A stretch of DNA of 64,000 bases from Rebecca billardiae RCC1528 (taxonomy: Eukaryota; Protista; Haptophyta): NCBI GenBank assembly GCA_965240325.2, contig OZ251231.1, positions 496,001-560,000 on the forward strand, in the 5' to 3' direction. The notes under the pieces were generated by a model. The model had not been told where the DNA came from, did not search any database, and was given only the letters and a program-made list of their open reading frames with translations. The position numbers and the translations under genes are program-made. The first letter of the stretch is position 1, and each line of letters opens with the position of its first letter. Shown piece by piece: positions 46,440-58,190 of the stretch.

Positions 46440-48006
46440 TATTGTCGTACCGCTGAGCAATCTCAGTGTACCATAGATCTCCTCAGCGGGCCGCGCGGAC
46501 GCCACTGCGACACCTCGCCGCGATGCGCACGCCGCACTGCCGAGCTGCGACAGCACACGGGCGCGAAGCCTACTCCCTCATCGGGCCAGCTGCCTCTTAG
46601 CACGGCGCCTTCTCAGGCAGTGACTCAGGCTCACCTTTGCCGCCGCCCGTGACGCCAAACCCAGCTGGCCGAGGACGACGTGGCAGATGCACTTGCGGGG
46701 GCTGATGATCGGCTGTGTGGAGGCAGGGGGAGCTGCGAGAGACCCGCGGTGGCGGCGGCATCGCAGCTGAGTACAAGTACCATAGTGCGCCTAGCTTCCA
46801 GAAATGCCCTTGCCATCACCAAGGAGAGCACTCGCATCGAGCCACAGCGCACGGAAGCACGTCGCCGCGCTTGGCGCTGCACCAGATGAGCCCTCAGCGC
46901 TGGGCTGCACGCTGCTGGACCACTGCGTGGCCGCTTCGTTGAATGCATGCTGCTTCAGCTGGGCAGGAAGGGCTACTTGTACGCGTGCGGTGGCGAGGAG
47001 GAGACTGGCACCGACATACGCTCCGGCGCCCGCGAGCGGGTATTTGCATGAGGCGCCGGCCGCGATGGCGGCCATGCCGCCCGCGCTGTGGCCGTGTGAC
47101 GGTGCGTGCCGCAAGTGAGCTGTAACAGCTGGCTGCCGACATAATCGAGTCATATCAACGGCTCACCGAGCGTGCCCAAGCGGCGCCTGGCCTACGATGG
47201 CCGCCGAGTCGGACTAGGAGTCTCACAGCTTCTAGTGCTCACTGGCGGAAGTCCGATTAAAAGCTGTCAGCCGCCGTGACCTCGCGCACGTAGTCATTGT
47301 CCGAGCCGCTGGCCGCCAGCGGCGCCAGCCGCGTGACGCGGCGTGATGACGATTGACGAGTGACGCCCGGGGCCAGCGGCGCTCGTAACTCAGAGTCTGA
47401 CACGTCATCGATGCCGCCTGTGGGCGTGTGGCTGGCACTGGTGTAAACTGGCTGCATCACGTACACGCGGCAGCAGAATATACTGCTTGCACGGTGATTC
47501 TGGTGAACTTAGCAACAGTCGAGCGCGTCCGATGACGCTGTCAGTGTCAGTGGCGGCGCGCACAGGGCCACAGGCTCGCGGTCAGTCCGTGATGATGACT
47601 GTTGTCGCTATCATACTGGGTACTATATTACTAGCTATATATATAGTTAGTCAGTATCTCGGACTCGGATTCACAATCAGTACAGTCTGTACAGTAGTAC
47701 TGTCAGAGCTTAGGCTTCGCCATCATTAAGGCTTTACTACTACTAGCTCGCAGGTAGCCGTAGCTACCGCCGGTCAGAATGTGATGACGACAGAGGTAGC
47801 GGGTGGCAGCAGGTGACAAGTCGTCGCGAGTTTGAAGCGCAGTCGTCACCCCGTGCAGATGGACCCAGTCGCCGTCCTGCCGCTGCCGATCTCGGCCGAG
47901 TCAGCCTAATAAACGACTGAGCAGTCGTGTTCAGTCGGACAGCCAGCAGGCGTCCCTATACGGTATGATAACTCCGCAGCGCGACTCAGCCAGCCAGGTG
48001 ATGTCA

Positions 48007-48486
48007 TCACGCCGCTGCGGCCGGGACGACCTCGGCGCCGCTCTTCGCAAATGCTTCTGTCCATTCATCCACACCGTCCCCGTCAGAGCTCTGTATCTTC
48101 AGCACCGACCCTGACGATGCGCGCACCAGGACGGCGTCTTGCTGCGCGTGAACACGCAGCTCGTGCGCTTGGATCTGAAGAGCGGGCGTCTCGCGGTCGA
48201 GCTTGGTGATGCTGAGCACGCCCTCTGGCGACAGCTCGGCCCATCGAGCGTGCCACTGCTGTCCCCCAATCCATCGGTTGTGCTTGATGAAGAGCGGGCC
48301 CTGCTTCATGGCCGGTGTTGCTGCGCATGTTGCGCGCACACGTTTCCGCGTGCGCGCGTCCGGGGAGAAGAGTTCACGCTCGTCGATGTACGTGCTCGTG
48401 CTGAGTTCGTGCTCAAGCATGTCGTGAGTGGTGACGGGCGCCTTCTGGACGCCGCCGTGCAGCCACGCGAGCGTCCTGGTGCGCAT
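48007..48486 (-). CDS. Small PH-domain protein
   Basis: MKQGPLFIKH..WHARWAELS..L and terminal helix SDGDGVDEWTEAF. Confidence 0.7.
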   Translation of the reverse strand: MRTRTLAWLHGGVQKAPVTTHDMLEHELSTSTYIDERELFSPDARTRKRVRATCAATPAMKQGPLFIKHNRWIGGQQWHARWAELSPEGVLSITKLDRETPALQIQAHELRVHAQQDAVLVRASSGSVLKIQSSDGDGVDEWTEAFAKSGAEVVPAAAA

Positions 48487-48893
48487 CGTCGTGTACCCGC
48501 GTTCACGTCCAGGGGCCAGGGCAACAACGGCACCAAGTCGCAAGAACGACCGCGCCGAAAAGTCGGCCGCGGCCAAACGAAAAACTGGTCGCCCGCCCAC
48601 TTGACGGGAAAAGTTGACCGGGAAAAGTGAACCGCCGTCAAACCAAAATCCTTTATGTCAAACAAGCAGAGGACTGGCAGTGTCGAGCCTCAAGGCGGCG
48701 TACCACTAACTGTCACTAGTGCATAGTAGAATTGGCTTGTACCTGCAGCGCCTGGTGGGTCGATCAATCAGCCACACGTGTCACTCATGAGTCATGAGCT
48801 CGCACGGTTCAATCGCGCCGCAGCCCGCGCGCGCGTGACGCGAGCGCCGCGTCGCCTCCGTTCGGCAGCAGCCCGCGAGCAGCCGACGCGCGT

Positions 48894-50606
48894 TCATCGC
48901 TGCAGCGGCGCATCAAGCGGCAGCACCTGCTCCGGCGCAACTGCCACGCGATCCTCGAGGGCGCTGCTCACGCGCACTTCGTAGTGGCCGCTGGGCAGGC
49001 GCCGCAGGAGGACGCCGTCGCGCCCGTTGTAGAGGCTCTGCGCGCCGCCCAAGCAGCTGAGAGCCACGGGCGTGCCCGGCTCGAGCAGCCCGGCCAGGCT
49101 CGGGTACGCCGTGGACGGCGGCGGCTCCACCGCGCCGTGGATCTTGCGCAGCACGTCGGGCGTGAGCCTGCGGTTGTACATGAGAGCGTGCACGAGCGCC
49201 CTGCGCGGCTCCCGCTGGGCCGCGCGCGCAGCCGTCGCGCGCAGCATCAAGTGCGCGGCGGGGAGCATGTCGCGCACGCACTCGGCGCCGGGCGCCTGGC
49301 GGCCGGCCGCCATGAGCATCGCGGCCATCTCGCCATTGCCAAAGTGGTCGACCACGGCCTGCAGCCGCCACCGCGCGCTCGCCTTCATCCGGTCGAGCGG
49401 CCGCTCGCCCCCCGCGTTGCGAGCGAGCGGATCCGCCCCGGACTCGAGCAGGACTCTCATCGGCGCCTCGGCGTGGATGTCCGCGGCGACGTGCAGCGCG
49501 GTGTTGCCCATCGGGTCGGCGTGGTTCACGCTCGCCCCGCCCTGCCCGAGGAGCACCAGCAGCGCCGCCGGGCTCCAGTACCGCTCGTCCGCCGCCGCGG
49601 CCGTCGCCACGTGCGCCGCTGTCGCGCGGTCGGCGTTCGCGCCGGCGCGCAGCAGCCGCAGCATCTCGGGCTGCTGGGTGGAGATGAATGCAGTGGTGGC
49701 GCGAAGCATGAGCTGCAAGATCATGTCGGTGTTCGGCGGGCCTGCGAGCCCGGTCACCATCGCCAAGTAGTTGACAGGCACGCTCGCGGACGACACGATC
49801 GTGTTCAGCTGCTCGTCCTGCTCGCACAGGCGCGGCGGCACGGGCCGGTCGGCGCGGACGGACGGCTCGAGCGCGGCCACAGCCGCCTTCGGGAGCGGCT
49901 CGGTGGGGATCAGCTCGCGCTCGACGAACCAGAGGCTCCCGGTGCCGAGCTCGCGCAGGCCCGCGCGCGCAAAGTGGCGGCAGAGCCGCGCCTTCTCCTC
50001 CGCGGAGCGCCCGAGCGGGCCCAGCCGCGCGGGCGCCTGGTCCGCGTAGTCCCACGGCACGACCAGCGCGACGGCGAGTGAGAAGCGTCGGCCGAGGTGG
50101 GCGAAGAGGGCCATGACGAGCTCGAGGCCGAGGTCGCGGCCGCGGTAGGAGCGCTTGATGTGCACCTCCTCGAGGTGCAGCAGCCCGCCCGTCGATGCGG
50201 CGCGAATGCGGCGCTCGTCACCGATCGCGCTCCGCATCGCATCGCGCAGGCCGCCCCTGTCGGTGATGACGACGCGCGCCATCGAGATGAGCCCCTCGCT
50301 GTGGTCGTCGCACACACCGTACAGCCCCGGGCGCCGGCTGCACAAAAGGTCCGCGCTGATGCAGCCGACCGCCTCGCTGCTGTCCGCGCGCCACATCTTG
50401 CCGTACAGCTGCGCAAAGTTGGGCAGGTCGCAGTGCGACTCCCAAAACTCAAAGGCGAACTCGCCGCTGGTGCTCGGGATGCGTCCGGAGGACACGCGGC
50501 TCACTTCTTCCTCTTCGTCGCTCATTCCCTCCTCTTCGTCGCCGCTGTCCTCGACGCCGTACGTGTCATACGGGAGCTCGTCGGGGCTCTTGTAGTGCGC
50601 CGCCAT
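48894..50606 (-). CDS. GNAT-like + ankyrin-repeat + C-terminal SH3-like domain protein
   Basis: LLHLEEVHIKRSYRGRDLGLELV (GNAT motif A-like); GNTALHVAA..LLESGADP..N (ankyrin); PGTPV.L..L..YNGRDG. Confidence 0.75.
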   Translation of the reverse strand: MAAHYKSPDELPYDTYGVEDSGDEEEGMSDEEEEVSRVSSGRIPSTSGEFAFEFWESHCDLPNFAQLYGKMWRADSSEAVGCISADLLCSRRPGLYGVCDDHSEGLISMARVVITDRGGLRDAMRSAIGDERRIRAASTGGLLHLEEVHIKRSYRGRDLGLELVMALFAHLGRRFSLAVALVVPWDYADQAPARLGPLGRSAEEKARLCRHFARAGLRELGTGSLWFVERELIPTEPLPKAAVAALEPSVRADRPVPPRLCEQDEQLNTIVSSASVPVNYLAMVTGLAGPPNTDMILQLMLRATTAFISTQQPEMLRLLRAGANADRATAAHVATAAAADERYWSPAALLVLLGQGGASVNHADPMGNTALHVAADIHAEAPMRVLLESGADPLARNAGGERPLDRMKASARWRLQAVVDHFGNGEMAAMLMAAGRQAPGAECVRDMLPAAHLMLRATAARAAQREPRRALVHALMYNRRLTPDVLRKIHGAVEPPPSTAYPSLAGLLEPGTPVALSCLGGAQSLYNGRDGVLLRRLPSGHYEVRVSSALEDRVAVAPEQVLPLDAPLQR

Positions 50607-50791
50607 AGAGTCGGCGGTGATCGGGCGCGGGCTTGGGCGTGGGACATCGACGGGCGCGCCACGGTCCGGGAGCCACAAAGGAACCTCCCGGACAGCGGCT
50701 GGCCGGCGCGGCGGAGCCGGCCGGGGCGGTCAGCCAGTGGAGTTCAGAGTGGCTTCCGTGCGCGGCCAACGACATCCGCAGGTCGCGCGAG

Positions 50792-53700
50792 ATGTCAGCC
50801 GCGCTCGACCCGGGTGCGCGGCGTGCGCACGTGCGCGCGCAAGTGCTCGCGGCGGGCGCCGACGCCCGCTCGCGCGCACGGCGGACGTTCCCCCGCGCCT
50901 CCGGCCCGCGCAGATCTCGCCGACGACTTCGAGCTCGCCGCGACCAAGCCGCCGCCCAGAGGCCCGCCGGACAGCAATGTCTTTGCGCGGTTGATGGGCG
51001 CCGCCAAGGGCAAGCGCGCGGCGGCGGGCACGGACGCGCCCGGTGAGGGCGTGCGCGTGCGTGGATCTTGATGCGCCGCGCGCCGCGCCTGCATCCCGAG
51101 CTGACGCGCTTGGCCGCGCTCGCTCGCGGCGCGCTCGCCCGCCGACCGCCGCCGCGCAGACGCATGCGTGGCGGACAAGCGCAGCGCAGAGCAGCCGGCC
51201 GAGCCGCGCGGGAGCAGCGCGGCTCACTCCAGCGCGACCGAGTCTACTCGCGCGCAGCCAGTCCCGGCGCTGCCGCGCGAGGCCGGCACGCAGGGCTCGA
51301 GCGGTGAGGCGCTCGCGCACACGCCTACTCCGGCCGACGAGACGCGGCGGCGCACGCGCAAGGCGGGCGGCGGCAGCACCCCCTCGCAGCCCGCGGCGCG
51401 CGGCACGAGGGCAGGCGACGGGTTCACCACGGGCCGCCGCCAGCCGGGCGGCTCCAAGGCGAGCAAGCTCGACGCGGCAGACACGCCTGGCTCGCGCGCG
51501 CGCGCCGCGGCGCCCGCTGACGCGGCCACCATGCCTGCAGCGCACGCGCCCGCGGCGGCGCAGGCGGGCGTCGAGCCAGCGCCGCGCGCCGTGGAGGTGA
51601 TCGAGCTCGACGGCGAGTGCACCGATCCCCGCCCCGCCCCGGCCGCGCCCAAGCCCGCCCCGCCGGGCCCGAAGCCCTTCTTCTTCATGACGCCAGCAGA
51701 GCGCAAACAGGCGGCGCTGACGAAACAGCGGGACGAGGACGCGGCCAAGGAGGCGGCGCGCGAGGCGGAGCGCGCGCGGCGCGCGCGCGAGGCGCAGGCG
51801 GTCGACACCGCGCTCGTCGCCGGCGAAGCCCGCCCGCCGGCCCCCATCTTCGCCAGCGCCGCGGCGCGGGCCGCGGGCGCGCGAGCCTGCCCGCACGAGG
51901 CCGCCGGTTCCGCGAAACTTCCGGCGGCGGCGGCGGCGCGGCGCGGTGCGGACGGCAGCGATGGCGGCGCTCACGCCGAGTCGCGCGCGGGCGTATGCGA
52001 CGCGTGGCCCCTGCACGAGGACGAGGTCGACGACTTCGTCCGCCTCGCCGCCGAGGAGAGCAAGCTGCTGGACGGGCCCAGCGTGCGCGCGCGCGCTCAC
52101 GAGTGGCCCGCGCACGCGGACGTGTGGCAGTTTGGGCCGCTGCGCGCGCAGGCGTGCGCGGTGCGCGGGGACGGGGCGGGGCGGGCGGGCGGCGCGGCGG
52201 CGCTCGTCCCGCCGCCGCGCGCGCCGCGCGTGCCGCTGCCCGCCGCCAGCCTCCGCCCGCTCCTCCTCCTCCCACCGCGGCCGCCTCCGAGCGCCAAAGC
52301 CGGCGCAAAGTCCGGAGCCCAGGCGGCGGCCATGGCAGGAGCTCGGACCGACCGGACCGACCGGACCGACCGGACCGAGCGCGCGGTCTCGGAGGCGGCG
52401 GTCGCGCCGATCGACCTCGACGCGGACGACGGCACGCGGCCCGGCGCCGCCCTGCCCGAGGCGCGCGAGCGCGCGGCCGAGCGCGCGGCGGCGCTCGACT
52501 CTTGCACGACGGCGCGCGCGCTCCCGTCTCAAATCGTCGGCAACCAGGAAGCAATTTCGGCCGTTGGCGCGTGGCTCCGCGCGTGGCGCGCGCCCGCTGG
52601 CACCCGCGGGGCGCCCTCGCCGCTCCGGCGCTCGCCGCGGAGGAAGGCGAAGCGGCGCGGCGGCGTCGTGCACGACGACGACGACGGCGACGACGACGAG
52701 CACGGCGGCGGCGGCGGTGGCGACTCGACGCGCGCCGCCTGTCGTGGCGAGGCGCGCGCCGCGCCCGGCGGCAGCGGCGGCGCATCGGGCGGCGGGGCCG
52801 AGGCCGATGCCGCCGGCGAGGCGGAGGCGGCGGCGGCGCTGGAGGAGGCGCTCGCTGCGTGCTCGGCCGCCGACGACCACGGCCCGACGGGCCACGTCTC
52901 TGGCGCCGCCGAGCTACGCGCGCGTCTGTGCCCAGGCGGCCCGCGGCGGTGCGCTGACGAGTCTGTCTGGGACGCTGAGGACAGTGGCATGCCATCGACT
53001 CTGGTGCTGCTCGGACCGAGCGCGTCCGGCAAGAGCGCGGCGGTGCACGCGTGCGCCGCGGAGCTCGGGATGAGCGTGATCGAGGTGAGCCCGGGCGTCG
53101 TCCGCTCGGGCAAGGCGATCGGCCGCTTCGAGGAGGCGGCCCTATCGCACGAGCTGAGAACGGGCGGCGCGGCCGGCGCAGCCGGCGGTAGCGGCGCGGC
53201 CGGCTCGGGCGGCGCGGCTGGCGGTAGTGGCGGTAGTGGCGGCGCGGCCGGCGGCAGTGGCGGTGGTGGCGCACGCGCAGGGGCCGCCGGTGCGCCGCCC
53301 GCGTCGAAGAAAGCGCGGCAGGCCGAGGCGAACGACACCCCGGCCGCCAGGCGCAAGGGTCTGGCTGTGGGCGGCGCCGCAGCCGCCGGCGCGTCCGGCG
53401 GCGGCAAGGCGCGCGCGGGCCGCAGCGCGGCGCAGCCGCCGCCCGCTTCGGCCGCGCAGGGCGTGAGCGTGCTCCTGATCGACGAGGTCGACCTCTGCTT
53501 CGCGGAGGACGCCGGCTTCTGGGGTGCGCTGCGCAAGCTGATGGAGGTGACGCGCTGCCCCCTCGTGCTCACGTGCGAGCGCGTGCCTCCGCAGCTTGCG
53601 CTTGCGCTCGGCCGCAGCGAGCGCGCCGCAGAGCGCGCCGCAGAGCGCGCGGACCTGGGAGGCCCGGACTGCCTCCCGGCCTCGGCGCTGCGCGCGTGCC

Positions 53701-55429
53701 ACACGCTCGCGTTCAGGTCGCCGACGATCGCGGAGCTGAGCCGTGCGCTCGACCGCGCCGCGCGCGCGCGCGGGCTTCGCGTGCGAGCGCCCACCGTCGT
53801 GCTGCTCGCCGCGGCCGCGGACGGCGACGCGCGGCGCGCGATCCGCACCCTGGACCTGGCCGCGGCGGCGGCGGCGGGCGCGGCGGGCGTCGGCGGTGGT
53901 GGCGGTCCAGCGCGTGCCGCGCGCGCGAGCGAGCACGACGACGACGACGACGCCGCAGTGCGCGCACTGTGCGGGATGCCCCGCGCGCGCCCAGCATCGG
54001 GATGGGAAGCCGAGGCGGCGCATTCCGCCCGGCCCGCCGCCGCGCTGCCGCCGCTGCCGCGCTCGGTGCCGCCGAGTCTGAGAGACGATCTCGAGCTCCT
54101 AGAGCAGCTGCTGATCGGTGGCGCGCGCGCACGCGGCTGGGGCGCGACGCGCGACGGCGCGAGTGCGTGGCTGCTGCGCACCATCGAGCACCTCGCGGCC
54201 GCGTCGCCTCCCATCGCGCGACATCTCCAGCTGGGCGCCGACAGCATGGCCGCCGCTGCGCACGAAGGCTCGCTGCCTGCGCACCCGCCGGCGGCGCAGT
54301 CGGCGCCCGCCGCGGCGCCGGCCGGCGATGGCGACGCGCACGCGGCAGCGGCGGCGGCGGCGCGCTCCGACCTCGCGGCCCTTGACGAGCTCAGCCGGCT
54401 CACGGCTGAGCTGAGCCGCGCGTGCGCCCTGCGTGTGCCCCCGGAGGCGGCGTGCTCCGCTGACGCGGACGATCGCGTCGCGGACGCGGCGCTGCCCTCG
54501 CCGCAGCCTGGCGGGCTGCACAGCGCGCCGCCGCCGCCGAGCGCGAGCGCGCGCCCCGCGCGCGACCCCGTGCCGGAGGCGGCGGCGGCGGCGGTGGAGG
54601 AGGCGCAGGCGATCGTGTCCTTGCTGGTCCGCGCGCGCGCGCGCTCGCGCCCCTTCCGCCCGCGCGCCCGTTGCTGCGCGCGCGAGTGTGCGACACCTGT
54701 GCCACCGCACGCACGCACCACCGTTCCTCGCTCACCACCCCGGCGCCGGCCGCCGCGGGCCGCGCGTTGCGTGCGTCCCCGAGCGCAGGCGGTCCGCAGG
54801 AGCGCCGTCGCGCTTGCCGAGCTCGCCGCGCGGGGCTGCACTCACGACGGTGCGCACTGGTGCAACATGCCGTGCGACGCAGCAGCAGCCGCCGAGCGTG
54901 CGCCGAGCGCGGCGCCCGATCCCGCCGCGCTGGGCGCAGCCGGCGCGCCGGACGAGCCCGGCGCGACGCGGCGCCTCGCGGCGCTGCTGTGCGCACGCGC
55001 GCGCACTCGGCGCGTGAGGGAGGCCATGTGCGCGCGCCCGCGCGCGCTCGCGCCTCGCCGCGCCGCGCGCGCGCGGGGCCCCGCCCGCTCTCTCCACACT
55101 CACACGCGCGCGCGCGCGCGGCGCGCACGTGGGCGCGCCTGGCCTGCAGGCGTGACGAGGCGGCCGATGCGCTGCAGCTGTGCGCGGGCGGCGTGGGCCT
55201 GCTCAACGCCCACAGCGCACACGCGCTGCGCGGCGCGCACGGCGCGCGCTCCGAGCTCGCCGTCTCCACCGTGGGCGTGCTGCGCACGATCGCGCGACTC
55301 GAGGCGGAGCGCAAGGCGAGCGAGGCCACGCGCCGCTTCTACCACTACCTGCGGCGCTTCGATCTCGACCGCGACGAGATCTACTCACTCAAGCCGCTGA
55401 CGGCGCCGGGCCGTGCGCTGCTGCCCTGA
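50792..55429 (+). CDS. ATAD5: ATAD5/ELG1 PCNA-unloader subunit (RFC1-like AAA+ ATPase); introns at 50814-50913, 51043-51159, 54627-54788 and 55028-55149
   Basis: Walker A GPSASGKSAAVHACAAELG..IEV..RSG..EEAALSH; Walker B LLIDEVDLCFAEDAGF; RCPLVLT; C-terminal RRFYHYL. All four GT..AG introns keep the frame. Confidence 0.88.
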
Positions 55430-58136
55430 GCGGCTTACGACGTCAGCTCACGAGTCAGGGCTACGAGCACAGTGCAGTCGAGCACAGACCGCGAGGCAGA
55501 GTCGAAAGACGATAGGTCGATCTAGTGCAGCAGTGACACCGTCGGAGCATCTGGGGCTGAGCGGGTGGTACAGTAAGCCTGTCGCCTGACGCCGGCGGCG
55601 GTGCAATTCATCATTGCATGCGCTTGCAATCTCGTCATCTCACATCTGCTGCTCGGCTCGGCTGCCCTGATGCCGCGACGACGCGGACGCGCCGCCGGCT
55701 GGGCGAGCAGACATTGAACTATATATGGGTACTCGTCCGAATTTTACTTCGTCGAGCGATCATATGTCGCGTCGTCATCCGCCTTAGTTAGTTAGTTAGC
55801 AGCGCTACGTCGTATCCCATTATCATGCATGCATATCAGCAGCAGATGATTCAGTATATAAGTCGTATAGTAGTAGCAGCTTAGTCGATCGTTATAATTC
55901 AGTATAGCATATTAGCTAGCTAGCAGTATACTTATAGTAGTTACTGTACTAGCAGTAGCAGGCTTCGCCGTCGATATGATCGACAATATAGTAGCTAGCT
56001 AGTCGATATTGTAGCTACTACTAGGATTGATTGATGACGACATATCTGATGATGCAGCATCAACTACGTACTAGCTATACTACGATGTCGTGCCACGAGG
56101 CATGACGACGAGACAATAAGCTAGCAGCATAGAGTGAAGCAATAGAGACGACGACGAAAGCGTACGACGCACGAAGCCTGTCAATAACAGTCACGATGCC
56201 AGCGTCTGACTACTGCTCACTACTCCAATACTAGCTGGCGACTGTCGACCGACTGACGTCTGGCGGTCTGACGAGACGCGCGCGGGGCCGGCGCCGGGCG
56301 CGACGAGGCAGTGCCGTGTATATTCCCGTAACTCGGCCCGGGCTCGTCGTTGGACTTGGAAGCGCGGCGGATCGATGACGGATGTCGTCGTCCGTTGGCG
56401 TTGGCACTGACGATGCGTGCGCGCAAAAGTCGCGCCAGACGAGACGTCAGACACGGACCGTGCTGAGCCTGATTGATGTCATCAGTCCGAGTAGTCTCGG
56501 GAGTGACCAGCGTGACTGTGAATCACTGTGACGATTCTGTGAGTGAGTCACTGCCAAGTCAGTAGCTATGCTTATTAGGCTATACTAAGCTATTAAGTGA
56601 TCGACGGTATAGTTAGTGCCCAGAGTGGCTGAGCTGCCACAGTACGACTGTATCACACACTGCCACTGGCAAAGTATCACTATGACCGCACATCAAACAA
56701 ACAACGCACAGCACGAGCGACATGCAAAACGCGCGCGCCGAACTCGCAGCCTGCTCGCCAGTGGCGCGCGGCGCCGGGCCGTGCGCTGCTGCCCTGAGCG
56801 GCTTACGACGTCAGCTCACGAGTCAGGGCTACGAGCACAGTGCAGTCGAGCACAGACCGCGAGGCAGAGTCGAAAGACGATAGGTCGATCTAGTGCAGCA
56901 GTGACACCGTCGGAGCATCTGGGGCTGAGCGGGTGGTACAGTAAGCCTGTCGCCTGACGCCGGCGGCGGTGCAATTCATCATTGCATGCGCTTGCAATCT
57001 CGTCATCTCACATCTGCTGCTCGGCTCGGCTGCCCTGATGCCGCGACGACGCGGACGCGCCGCCGGCTGGGCGAGCAGACATTGAACTATATATGGGTAC
57101 TCGTCCGAATTTTACTTCGTCGAGCGATCATATGTCGCGTCGTCATCCGCCTTAGTTAGTTAGTTAGCAGCGCTACGTCGTATCCCATTATCATGCATGC
57201 ATATCAGCAGCAGATGATTCAGTATAAGTCGTATAGTAGTAGCAGCTTAGTCGATCGTTATAATTCAGTATAGCATATTAGCTAGCTAGCAGTATACTTA
57301 TAGTAGTTACTGTACTAGCAGTAGCAGGCTTCGCCGTCGATATGATCGACAATATAGTAGCTAGCTAGTCGATATTGTAGCTACTACTAGGATTGATTGA
57401 TGACGACATATCTGATGATGCAGCATCAACTACGTACTAGCTATACTACGATGTCGTGCCACGAGGCATGACGACGAGACAATAAGCTAGCAGCATAGAG
57501 TGAAGCAATAGAGACGACGACGAAAGCGTACGACGCACGAAGCCTGTCAATAACAGTCACGATGCCAGCGTCTGACTACTGCTCACTACTCCAATACTAG
57601 CTGGCGACTGTCGACCGACTGACGTCTGGCGGTCTGACGAGACGCGCGCGGGGCCGGCGCCGGGCGCGACGAGGCAGTGCCGTGTATATTCCCGTAACTC
57701 GGCCCGGGCTCGTCGTTGGACTTGGAAGCGCGGCGGATCGATGACGGATGTCGTCGTCCGTTGGCGTTGGCACTGACGATGCGTGCGCGCAAAAGTCGCG
57801 CCAGACGAGACGTCAGACACGGACCGTGCTGAGCCTGATTGATGTCATCAGTCCGAGTAGTCTCGGGAGTGACCAGCGTGACTGTGAATCACTGTGACGA
57901 TTCTGTGAGTGAGTCACTGCCAAGTCAGTAGCTATGCTTATTAGGCTATACTAAGCTATTAAGTGATCGACGGTATAGTTAGTGCCCAGAGTGGCTGAGC
58001 TGCCACAGTACGACTGTATCACACACTGCCACTGGCAAAGTATCACTATGACCGCACATCAAACAAACAACGCACAGCACGAGCGACATGCAAAACGCGC
58101 GCGCCGAACTCGCAGCCTGCTCGCCAGTGGCGCGCG
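55401..58136 (+). repeat. Near-perfect 1.37-kb tandem duplication (55401-56770 and 56769-58136)
   Basis: Identical ORFs at 56191/57557 and 56220/57586; the only difference I saw is a 2-bp TA indel; CG microhomology at the junction. Confidence 0.95.
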
Positions 58137-58190
58137 CCACCGGCGAGGCTGCTCGCGAATGGCGCGCGCAGTACGACGCAGAAGAGAGGG

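Noticed and set aside
46500-47200. Coding-like fragments
   Set aside because: Short and frame-broken, with no family recognised.
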